A stretch of 64,000 nucleotides of DNA from Trichoplax adhaerens (Eukaryota > Animalia > Placozoa). The position numbers were made by a program, and so were the translations under genes. Shown here piece after piece: positions 1 through 12,650 of the stretch (the stretch's first letter is position 1; every line of letters begins with the position of its first letter). The stretch spans positions 1,733,836 through 1,797,835 of the forward strand of contig NW_002060949.1 of assembly GCF_000150275.1 (NCBI RefSeq). Direction: 5' to 3'. A model generated the notes under the pieces. It had not been told where the DNA came from and searched no databases. It was given only the letters and a program-made list of their open reading frames with translations.

Positions 1-212
1 ATCGTTGCAAATAAATGTAATTAAAGTAATACTTGAGGTGATTATCAAGTGTAAGTGGAATAAGTTTAGGTACTTAAGATGATAAAATAGAAAGCATACT
101 AATTAGGGAACCAGAATATTCCAAAATCATTACAATTACGGTTATAGTGTAATGATATATCAATAATTAATAGAAGATGATAGCAGGGAAGCAAAGTAAT
201 CTATAGGCTTAC

Positions 213-3200
213 TTTAACTTTATAAATCGATCTTCTTGTTTAATTTTAGAAATTTTCTGGGTGCTTAGCATTGTTTTGATAGCAATTGCGAAGACAAAGA
301 TGTTGATCTATTACATACAAATAAAAAAAGGCATTTTTGTTATGCTGTAAATTAGCCTAGATACCACAGCTGCTGCAATTTTAAAAATTCTAGCAATTGA
401 TAATAATGTAAAATTATATGGCAGCGTAATCTTATAATTAAGCTCAGCTTGAATTAAAACTACCGTAGAAGAAATTTTGTCTTTACTGGCTATTATCGTG
501 TTAATATAAGTAATCAGATATGAGAAATAATTATAAGAACATATTAAAAACTATATAAATCAAAATGTTAATGTCAGAACTTACAATTACAATAAGCCCC
601 ATAGGAACTACAAAAGCCAAGAATATAGGCGGTTGGCTTGCTAGCCAACAGCTAGAAACGGCGTGAAGCAGTCAGTAGGAATTATATAAGACCTTCATCT
701 TTATGATATTTATGCTTACGAGTATTTAAATAAGCCAGACAGTATATTGAGTAAAGTATAAATAATTATTAAACTTAGTGGCTTGCATACCGACATTAAA
801 TTAGAATCTAGCTATGAAAAGATATTGATACATCTACTCGTATATCTGTTGCTACTTAGATACGAAGAATTGTTAAGAAGCAGCTATACAGACATGTATA
901 ATGCACTAGATAACAGTAATTGCATCCATTTAAGGATTTTACTTGCAAGTTATAGGGCAATTTTGACTATACATTGCATAGCGATGATAAACTTAATTTC
1001 TATGGTGTCTCGTAAATCATGATCCCTTTGAAATATGAGAAATTATTGCAACTTACGCTCTCGGATTCAAGTAACCGTCTATTCCAGATGTACTTAGAGT
1101 GATGCCCAATGTTGTTGCAACTATGATCATTGGTATACCTAATATTTAACGTAAAGTATTTGCTTAATTTCCCTCATATGTATAGCTAATAATAGATAAG
1201 ACCACTGTTTAAATAATTGGAAAGTGAGAGATGTTGCATTGGTCTTAATTTTTCAACTTACCGTAAGCAGGTACGAAATACCATACTAATTTTGAGCTAA
1301 CGTCGAAAACTTTAACCAGCATTATATACATATAAATTCCTTCATTTAGCATCCACATAAAAGTCGCTAAAAGGACGTAATGTAATACAGCCGCCATAAC
1401 AGTACAAAATACCTGAAGTAAATATTGGAGTAGGCCAATGAGATTATATAAAGATTGAATAAACGCTCACGGGCACGATAAATTAAAGCAACTTTAGAAA
1501 ACTACGGTTATGATAGCGAACTTAAAAATTTTGATCCGCATTTATTTGGGATAGGTATTGTGTAAATATATTTACAGTAATAATTGCTACAGTACCTTAC
1601 CTTATTTTGAACCGCTGTTAAACCGGATATGATCAAGATATTCGCAATAAGGAGATTAACAAATAGGTTCATGTTGATAATATTTTTGGTATTTGAAATT
1701 CGCCTATATTATTGAGCATAGAGTAACGGATGAAATGGTTGTATTCAACTATAAGAAATTAGCTGGTGTTGTGATTTGCCCACTCTCTAAATTTTATGAT
1801 CTATCCATAGATGGGCATATGCATTGCAAGATAAATTTTACAAGTTTTAAAAGTATAGATTTGTATGGTGTTATTATAGAATGAAAATAAACGAGAATGT
1901 CAGAAAAAAGTGAAAACGAATAGTTTTATCATAGAATGACAATTTATACGATATATGGTATATGCGTATTTACAAGTTTTTAGTCTAAAAATGAAATAAA
2001 ATGCCGGTTTAGAAGAAAATAGTAATGAATCAGCTGATAAAGTGTCCAGTAGTTTTTAGTCATAATTCATGTTCATTTTGATTTTTAAAGTATACATAGC
2101 TGTAAGCTTATTATTTTATTCCGACAAGCTTTTTAATCATAATTTACCTCCAAAAGACAATATGAGCGATAATGGTAATAAGCAACCCAAGGATAGAGAG
2201 TCCACAACCAACGTAAGTAATAATTTGTAATGCTAGTAGATCAGCTTCAGATAGCTGGAAAAAATTATCCCATTTAATAACCATTAATAACTTTATTTTA
2301 TGCCAGTCTTTATTTCTTAATGGTTAGTAATCTGATAAAGTATGACAGTAAGTAATACTCGTGGGTAAGAAGTATTCCGTATAATTCAATTACCGGTTTA
2401 TCGGATAATCTTAACAGAACTGCAAAATTAGTTAAATGATTGCAATAGCAGACAGTATGAGTTGTATTCGATTCTTGTCCTTTTTGACAACCTGTTTGCG
2501 ACCAGCCACCTCCACTGAAATCATTGATAATAATTATTTAAGGTAGCCATTTTTCTATTAAATATTATTTGCTAACATCAAGACTGGTGGGAATGTTGAT
2601 ATGTTCATCTAATTTACTGCCTCCTGCATTCAGTATCGATTCATTCTTCTATTTTGAGTTATTTTAAGTTAAACATTTACAGGTAGAGATGTTCATGTGC
2701 TCAATGTAAGGAAAATTTAAAAAATTGGCTTACTAATCCACTCAATGCTGCATATAATACAGAATGATAATTTTAAGCTCAGATCATGAAATCACTATGG
2801 AAGAAATTGCTACAATGTAAGTATCGGCTAAATTAGGTGATATTAAACATATTGCACTGTCTAACAAAAGGTTCTATATTATCTAATCATCAAACCTTGC
2901 AGAAAATGCCCAAAAACTGCAAGTTACATCAGTATAATTCTGTGCTAGTGTGATCTAAAAAAAAGATTTTTAGTTAAATTTTACACTTTAGGTTGCAATT
3001 ATGATATCATTATCTAGTTATGATCCATATACATCTTAATTATTTCACTGTAATATCGTTTGGTTTATATTAAATTGTTGTGACTACTAATATCTAAACT
3101 ATCATATAACTAACATTCAGTAAGTAAATTTAGTCTATTTTGGTAATAGCATCAACTCAAATCTTTCATGCTGATCGCTAAGAGTGATTATTGAAATTAC

Positions 3201-6200
3201 AGCTGTACAGTCTTCGTTATTTCCTACAATCATTTACTATTATATACCCTGTTCTCTGCATGTGTTCTCTCTCTAAAATTATTCAGTTGCACTTGTTAGT
3301 GTTAGTATCTACACACGTTACTTCACGATAGCTTACACGCTGATCTATCAGTAACTACCATATTGTACCTAGTTATTCTCTACGATAAATATCTCTCTTT
3401 CTAATAACTCCTCGTATCATTATTGTGAAATGCCTAAGGAGTCCACGTCCGCAGACTCTTCGAACCCTCCATCTAAACAGCCATCACTAGACTCTGGCCT
3501 ACTAGGTCAATTTTTAAGCTTTACTCGTGGCTTCATTAATTGATGTTAATTTTATGAGATTAAAGAAAATTAGTCACTCAAAATTCTGGTTAATTGGGTC
3601 AATTCCTAAAATGTCCGTATACTTACATTTTCGTTAACAAATACTAATTTTATAGCGTCCGAGAAATTCCCTTGAATTGCAGGCGTTATAGTAGCCGATA
3701 AAATTTTAGAGTTAACAATTTCTGTAGCATTAGTATTCCTAAAGTTAAAGAACAAGAAATACTGTCAAATTTTGTATATGGTTATAGTAATTGTAGGTAT
3801 TTACGACGATTGTTAAGTATCAATGACTATTTGGTGAATTAAACTAATGTCTACGCTAGACAATTATAATAGAACTTAAACATATATTTTGCTGTATATT
3901 ATTATCAACGATACTTATATACTAATGAATCTATGTGACTATCATTTTTGTGTTTTACGACAGTTTAGAATATTCTGTTTGTCTATTATAAGCTTTAAAA
4001 GTGATAAGAAAAGACCTAAAGCTGCTTTGGATACATATAGATGAAAAGCAACTAAGTGTCAATCTATCATCGTTATTCGATAGAATGTGCCTACAATCAG
4101 ACATAAAGCATAATATACTGTCCTATGTCTCATTCACTATACTCAGTTTAATTCACGATACCAGCTTATCAAATATTCAATGTTTTTAGCAATCCATGTG
4201 GCTGTTAAGAGTTAAAATAATTTTACCTGAAATTATCTTCGCGACGGCTAGGTATAATACTTCCAAGAGTTTTATAAGTAATTACCGATATTTTACCATC
4301 TGTTTGAAGGCATATTATTAATCCATATCGAATACTTGAATAGATTGCTCATGTAGCATGAATATTGTAAACATCTAGACTCTGTAAAGTAGCACCTCAC
4401 TAATATAGTGACTCATTGGCTGTCAGATATCGATTGAATGACTGAAAAGATCAACAAGTACTTACTAATATTTGATGTCAAGTTAGCTGGAAAGATAATT
4501 TTTGAATTGCCTAACCATGGATAGAGAGCTTGTTGGAAGTTATCATTACTTTGTAGTTGGGGTAATTCTAACCCATTAGTAGAGTTAGGATTGGTTACAA
4601 CTACCTGCAAAACTGCGCAGAAAGTACCATAATACATAATGTCAGTTTATAACTTAACTTAATATTAATCAAGGCGGAGAAAGAGAAGCTAGTACCAATG
4701 TTATCGGTTGTAATGGATATTGTATTAGCGCTACCAACATCAATCCGATCTGCCATTTCTTCTAAATTTTGCATAATGAATGACGATCCAACTTGTTTCT
4801 AGTGATAAAGATACATGATCAGGTATATAGGTGAATGCCGCTTAAACTTATAATTTAAAGAAGTTAAAATCATCATGAGAGGGATTATTAAAATATAAAG
4901 ATCTAATATCGTGTGCTTTAATGGTATACTATATGATGTTATTATAGTTAAATAATAACTACCTGTTGGATTTGTTTCCACTGAATGGTATTCGAAATAT
5001 CAAAGAGATTGCTTCCTATACCAAATAGCGTCTACATATTGAAAAATACGAATAATAATTTTAATTAAATTTTAAAATATTTTATACTTCTTATGATGAC
5101 ACATAACGCTAAAAATAGGGAGGACATGCAGACTTCCGTTATTGATAAAAGAGAGAAAATGGGTATTGTAATAAAAGTGACGATAATTGATGATAACGTA
5201 AAATGATAAAATTGAATTTATCATGCTAGACTAAATCAAAATATAATTTTATATTGACATCTTGTAACTGTACGTTATCGACCGTTCAGATTTTTAACTT
5301 GATGTTCAGAATTCTATGCTGAAATATCTCAAACGATGGTATTTACTTAGTAGAACTCATATGCAAAATTACAGCTAATTCTATAAAAGTTTAACGTAGA
5401 ATTCTGAGCATCAAGTTAAAAATCTGAACGGCCTACTGTACAAGTATATCGTCGGCTACTAATAGAATTGCCTTTAATTCTGATTCTACTGGTAGGATTA
5501 GGACTTCATTAATTCTCTTTAAAACAGTCCCCGATATTAGTAAATCGCCACCCAAGAGGCTAGTTTGATTTGTTGCTTCAAGTAGTGAATTAGATAAAGA
5601 TTCTACTTGAGTAGGATCAAGTTTTGGATTTTGTGCCTATGTTGATAATTGTAATAGAAATAATTATTAGTTGTAATCTATTGGTTGATTATTTCATATA
5701 ATCTATGTTTGACCAGAACTAAATTAAAGATTTCAGGTTAATATTAATAACTTTATCAATCTTATTTGGTAGTTATCTTGGATTTGTTGCGCAATATATG
5801 AGTTGCTTTCTAAGATAGAATTTTCTATAATCATTACCTTGCCTAAGATGGATACAAAAATAGGTGATTGACATCCTACAGTATTTACATCGCTCCAGGT
5901 TGGAAAAGTATCACCAGAAATATGTAAACATTGACGTGTTGCACTTCCTAATACAGATACAGAATAGCTCAGTGTCCAGACTATTTAGATATTAAACAAA
6001 ACCTAATCAGTTTTGGTAGTAAGTTATGATTACGTTCATACCATTGGCTGGTGAAGGGCATGGCGCTCTAGCAGTTTCGCCAGCAGCTGTTGTAGACCAA
6101 TTTATATTTGTATTTAGCTCGGCAGGACAATAAAAGGTAGCAGTAGTAGCGTTCTCAGCTGAAATATAAATATATTATCGGTTGTAAGGAGCTTTACAAG

Positions 6201-9200
6201 ACAGTATAAATGGAAATAAGTTTGTTCATGATGTAATGGAACTGTATCAAGCGTAATTAATATAAGGTTGGTTAACGTTGAATGAGGTTTAAATATATTC
6301 ATACAACATAGCAAATCTATAGTTAACAAAAGGATATATGGTATATTGACATACATACTGTTGTATATATGTTATTATATTAAAATTTACTTGTAATACT
6401 TTATCTATAATATAATATGCGAATGTAGCTAACCTATCGGAATATTATGTAAAATATAGAAGGGATGATATGTCGTATAGGTCATGCTAAATCTAAAGTA
6501 TAAGTGCGCTGTATGAATACGTGGTAAAATTAATTTTATAAGAATCGTAGATAATGTGTGCATATGCAGCATCATATAATATATTGAAAAGTAAAGTAGA
6601 TTAGAATGATTCCATACTACGTCTGTGAAGAATTGGGGCGTTAACTTACTTGTTTATTAAATTTATTTTATATACTGCATATATAACATGGATGTAATAT
6701 GCGTTCTCTATATTGAATTTGTATTGCAAGATGTGACATTTGAGTACAGTGCATAAGCAGCCACGATATTGTTTTTGGAGCGAAGATGTTTTAGAGTTAT
6801 ATCTTGTATAGAGAAGGTATTCTAAATATGCTCATATACCTTCAATATTTATAAATATGTGTTACAGCCTAAACCAGTTTAGGCCACCAACTCGCAGTGA
6901 AATGTACTAAGTACTGTATGATATGCTTGATTATTAAAATATATTTATTCGAGTCTTATACCTTGTATAGATGATATAGTTGTCGTTGGTATTGATGATG
7001 ATGATGCTGGCTGAGTGGTCGATATACTGCCTGTATTACTGATGGTGAAGCTTGCAGTTTTATTAAATCTACTTGTACTGGTTACTTGACATTGGACGTA
7101 GGTTCTTCCTAAAGGAATATTATTGATGATAAGTCTTGATTTATTTCCTGTAATTGTGATAGACCATGGATAGCCTGGAATTAATCAATAATCCTTAAAT
7201 TTAATAATTAGACAGCTTTTCCTTATGACCAAATATGTGTATATCGGCATAATAGATATTGCATCTTATTGATAGGTTTTTAAAGCAGAAGATGAATAGT
7301 CACGAGGACAGATAGAAGGAAATAAATTATTGTCGAGGAATAATACTTCTATATCCGTAAATTAATATAATTCAACTATGATTTCATAATCTATCATTTC
7401 ATCGAGATACAGTAAAAGTAAAATTACGCGGATTTTCACCAACCATTTGATTATCTGTTGATATTTTTGAACTTTTTTACTACTATACAAATATTAAATT
7501 TTAAAAGGTGATTGCTTCACGTAATTATGATCATTCCAGTATTATTACATATGATGGTCATCGAATTTAAAATGCTATATACGTATGTAATAATGTAAAT
7601 ATATTGCATAGATCAAGATCTAAGAAGAAAAAGTTTTTGCGCCTCTTTGCTCTATATGTATTAGCTGGCTAACGATATCTTTTTGCTTTACATAGACTTG
7701 AGCGTAATATAACAACAATTGAATCCACCTGCATAACATTTTGCAAAGTGACCGGGCATTTTGCAAACTACCCGGTCAGTTTACAGGATTGAAAATTTTG
7801 CTGCAACAATGGTTGCAATTCCTTCGGATTAAAACATTTAAAATTGTTGTTGCAAAATGACAGCTACTGTAGCTAAAGCATTTGTAAAATGACCATACTG
7901 CATAACATTTTGCAAAATGACCGATTTCGCATCCGGTCTCGTATATATATAGTACAATACATATATCATAGGCCAGTGACTTACTTGATGTTATTGCAGT
8001 ATTATTAATAAACCATCGAAAATTATTAACATAGGTAGGGGATGTTGAGTCTCCAGAAGTGGCCGGTGTTAAAGTGGTAATGCAGTCCAAGGTTACATTA
8101 TGACCGGTTAAGATGACCGATGGCTTAATTAGCTTAATTTGAATCTGCTGTATTTGCGGTACTAATTCAATGCTATAAGAAATAGTTTGAATCCTGGTTT
8201 TTAAAACACAAGTGTAATTGCCAGCATGATTTAATGTTACGGCAGGGATTAGCAATGCTGATTCATTGGAGTAATGCATAATGTTGATACCAGCTTGAGT
8301 GGCAATTATTGGTGAGATCGATGTCCCTTTAAAATACCAATTCCATTTGGAGTTTTCAATGGAAAGTGGAGCTCCAAAAGTTAAGCGAAGATCAAAATCT
8401 TTCAATATTAGCAATTCTTGTGATGTTGGAACTACTTTGTTATTGATTTGTATTGCCATTTTCGTTACATTAATAATATCTAACGACAAGTGCAAACATT
8501 ATTTAAGTTAGTAACGAGGAGAAAGTTATCAAATGTGTAATAGGCAGCAAGTGAACATATAATGTAAGATATATAGAGTAAAAGGCTGACATAAATTTTC
8601 ATTACCTGCTTCATAAGCCATTTCAAATCCTTTACCGGTAATATTAATATCGGTCTTAAAAGCTACATAAGCGATATGATACATGGATGAATAGATTGTC
8701 TTTGGGGCAGTATTGCCGCAGAGTCGTGCAATAAGTTGGCCATTACTTCCTGGAATTTCGTTATCAAAAGTATTAAATATCTCCACCCAATCAAAGCGGC
8801 ATTGATTACTATATTCAATATCTAACACCAATATCTTAAATAAAATCCTGTATGATGTTACAATATTAATTCTCCAGCGGCAATCTTCGCGTGGCGCATA
8901 ATTTGCAGGATAATTTGGGGAAGTTATCGTTCCAGAATTGTTATAATGTAGGATATCATTTCCACCATTGCATATTGCACTATTTACAGCTATATATTAT
9001 ATGGATAAAAAAATCGGATATGAAAGTCATTGCATTATTGAAACTATTAAGCAGTTAATAAATTACTTTTGCTCCCACCTCTCGGATATCGAATTAGTAA
9101 TGGATAGCGCCTCTTAGGATAGATAGCTGAACTAGAAAGGACCTAAAAATACAGTTTTAGTTGCTGTTTTGAATATATATCGCATCACCAAATCAAAGGC

Positions 9201-9269
9201 TAAATTACGACTAATAGTTGAGCAAGGAGGCGTAAAAAAATTATAGAATATGATTATCTTTTTAGTCAT
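213..9269 (-). CDS. Adhesion GPCR (family B2): signal peptide, CUB, 2x Ig-like, Ser/Thr linker, HRM, GAIN/GPS, 7TM; TM6-7 lie beyond the left edge
   Basis: Spliced minus-strand exons with matching phases: CUB 8606-8989 ([37 protein letters not shown]); Ig 7985-8479 and ~6962-7174; HRM ~6042-6158 and ~5838-5948 ([26 protein letters not shown]); GAIN exons including [10 protein letters not shown] and [10 protein letters not shown]; CSFW ~2895-2954; GPS 2394-2514 ([21 protein letters not shown]); TM1 ~2148-2254 ([17 protein letters not shown]); TM2 ~1601-1703; TM3 ~1262-1412 ([16 protein letters not shown]); TM4 ~1057-1138; CWL..AFVVP ~585-650; end of TM5/ICL3 213-307. Start codon uncertain (see frameshift finding). 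Confidence 0.95.
5282..5438. mobile_element. MITE-like inverted-repeat element in an adhesion GPCR intron
   Basis: 35-bp inverted repeat with 1 mismatch (5282-5316 vs 5397-5431) around an 80-bp spacer. The right end reads ..GGCCTACTG|TA, a CAGT terminus plus TA as in Tc1/mariner-derived MITEs; the left terminus is degenerate. Confidence 0.6.
7729..7923. repeat. Dispersed direct repeat CTGCATAACATTTTGCAAA(G/A)TGACCG x2 with further TTTGCAA(A) motifs; probable transposon relic in an intron
   Basis: Copies at 7729-7754 and 7898-7923 differ by one base; related motifs lie between them on both strands. Confidence 0.5.
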
Positions 9270-12200
9270 TATCGTGATTATGGAGGTTATTGTCCGATCG
9301 TGAAAATTAAATACTATATTCATAGAGATAGCGATAAATAGTCGAGCTAAAAGAGGCCCAAATCTAGAAAATGTGACTGAATAATTGGATTTATTCCTTA
9401 ATTATATGACTGAATGCAAATTACTAAGTTAAAATAAGTTAGGATAAATAGTTAAATCAGAAAGAGCCTAAAAATCGGTAGAATTCTATTATACGCGTAT
9501 GGACAATCATTGCCTGCTTGCTAAAATAATTAGATTAGGAAAAATACCTAACCACAGCTTAAAGTACTCTGGATAGGATTAGAAAGTAGAAGCTATTGCT
9601 ACGACTATGGCGATCTTTATTGAGTAATTACATTAAACTAGAATAGGATGGCTTCGGAACTAAAAAGAGCTTCATAAAGATCGTAGTCAATATTATACGT
9701 GCAAATCAATCATTTTTTACTATATCCATAACAATTATTAGGTAATGGCTTAGCTAAAATAGATTAATACCTTTACAAATCTTACAGTACTGGCTTAAAA
9801 TTTATAGTTAAGATATGGGATATCCTATACTTTAACTATATGCATTGCACTGAAAATGAGCTCCTTTAGTGTATTGTACTAACAGGACTCTATAGTTGTT
9901 ATGAAATATATTATGAAGGAAAGAAAGGCTATCCCAAGTTTTGCAGCAGCTTTGTAATAAGAGATCTTAAATTTCAAGACATTTACGTAGTTATAAAGTT
10001 ATATCTATTTTTAATTAAACATCGTTGACCATTCTAATTTAAAATATATTACGTTACATCATTCCAATTGTATATTTCTGTGCAATTCACAATACTACTA
10101 TATGATGTAGAAGCTTTAATTTAATGAAACTAAATCAATATTTTAATGATCGGGTTAGTTGAGAAATTAAAAAAATAACTCGTATTTTGCTTAGATTAAT
10201 CAGCGTTATTTTACATCGACAGCGGAAGGAGTTATCCCTTTCTTAATCTCTGGTTTAAAATATCTCTATCGATTAATTTTTGCTCTTAATCTAATTTTAA
10301 TCGATATTAATTTCTCATTAGCAAATGAAGTAACTTCCTCTCACTTAATCTTTTAAATTAGCCGATTAAAATATGTTAATCTCTTGATTTTTATTCTTAA
10401 TTTACTGAGACTATTATCTGCCATCATAAAATTTGTAGAAGCTTAGGTTATTCAGTCGGTAGAATCACAAATGGACTATAGTCATAACCTGCTTCTCTAT
10501 CTTGAATTCTAATACTACTATATAAGAGAATGAACTAGTTATCTACTAACATTAACGTGTAAACGACCGAAATTTTAACCATAGTTCGTTCACTAAGGTA
10601 TAAATTAATCCAATCTATCCCAACATGTGTAAAGTAAAAGGTATAAGTATAGTTGATGCAGTATAGCACGCAAAGTATAACGAGCGAGGGATCGACTGGT
10701 TTATCATAATATTTGCATTGGCGAGTAGCAAGAGCCGAGATTTATCGTTGCACGATGCTAGTCCATGTATGTTTGGTCAACCATGTTCAATATAAAGACG
10801 ACATGAAGACCCGATTTACTCCTTCCAAACGACAGAATATAGTGTAAATACAAGTAGTTTGGCTTTTTCTAAGTTTGAATGAATTTTTATGGCACAGAAT
10901 TGTGAAGATTATTGTCAAAAGTGATATTTCTCTTTTCAATTAGGCATAATAGCATTGGATTAAAAAAAATTAGCTAAGGTTTTGTTAAGATTTAGGTTAA
11001 AAGTAAAATTTCTTACCAAAGTGCTTATTAAGGTGATTAGAATTAAATACCATGGGCATAATTGATTCGTCATGCTATAAATAGAGTAAACGATCGAGTT
11101 ATTATTACCAAGGCAGTCAGAGGGAGAATATGTATGAATTATGTTTTTTGATCGAGGTTAATTGTAACTAAGAGATACTATCGTAACATTTTATCTTAAT
11201 ATTGATCCAACAGGTTACTTTAAGCTAATCACTTCCAAAGATATTGTTTTTAAACCTGTCGAATTTTCGTAAGCAATATGAAAGCAAATGATATTGAGCA
11301 GCCTTGATTTTAAAAAATGATTTGATAAATTAGGTTGGTCACCATTCTTTTAAAACCTTCCAAAAGAGTCTTAAAAATGATCTTGGAATGCAATAGACAG
11401 GCAGCCTGATTAAACTAGACTGTTTTTAATATCTTCCTTCTTAGTTTTGGACTAATACTCTAAATCAATTGATTCATATCATTCCTGTAGTTAAGAAATT
11501 GGATCCTGATGCTAACGATAGAGCCATAACCCCTTTTCGTGTGACTGCAAGCTGGTGGATTCAAAGTGATATGATTTAGGTAAAAAAACTCCGATTAACT
11601 GCATGAAACGTAGCGGCACAACAACTACTTTGACCTATTCGATATACATAAGAATGGATTGATTACATTAATAATATGCACCATTGTCCGTCTATATTGC
11701 CGATTGTTTGAAATCGTGAATGTTGGAGGGCGGCACGAGACTAGAGCGATATTTCTTCACAATAGCAACACTAGCGATGAATATGATAGTGGCGTGCGTA
11801 TACGTATGAAAAACAAGTATGAATACGGTGAATACATTCGTACAGTGGAGCATGTAAATGAATGTGGTGAATAGGGCAATCATTGCTTTGCTCAAGATGG
11901 GCCCATACAAGTATTGTACATACTATGATATACGAAGATGTATGATTCATGCGATAACATATACAAAGTTTTGTAAGTAAATATTTTACTACACATTCAT
12001 CTGATTCAATAGCCCACGATTAGCTTCTTTATTATTTAGAATTAGGACGGTGAATATGTTAATTTGTTTTTCTTCCAGTAATACTACTTTAGATAATTGA
12101 TTAATTATCACATATTATTATCGATAGTCAGATATCATGAATCTAGTCATGATCTACCAGTCAACATTCTATGTTAACCTAATAATTAGCAGATTTTCGG

Positions 12201-12650
12201 GAATGTGATGAAAACAAAGTAATGTTATATGCTTAGAATAACAATGTGCAGGAATAATTAGTACATACATACTGGAGTAATAATAATTTAAATGCAACAA
12301 ATAGATCTAAATCTTCGTCGTTACCATCTATCAATAATTTTGCCACTGTTGTCGGCGATGGTATCTAAAACAATCTCTTTACAAAATATCACATAAAGTT
12401 TTCGAAATTATACACATTTTTAAACAATAAACAGCTTCTTTCTCCGCAGAGCACAACTCTCGTGACGAAGAAACAGAATCAATTCAGTAATGTGTAAATC
12501 ATTTAAGCTAATTAAGCTAATCAAAAAGCAAACTGGATTAATGTCTTGGATTACAACTGCACATAAAATGTTCCAAGTAATACGAGATTATTAAAGTGAA
12601 AAATTATACTGAATAAAATGAATACGAAAATTATTATTAACAGCTAACGA

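Noticed and set aside
4226-4300. Suspected frameshift in the GAIN exon at YKTLG
   Set aside because: Recounting the T-run shows the frame is intact.
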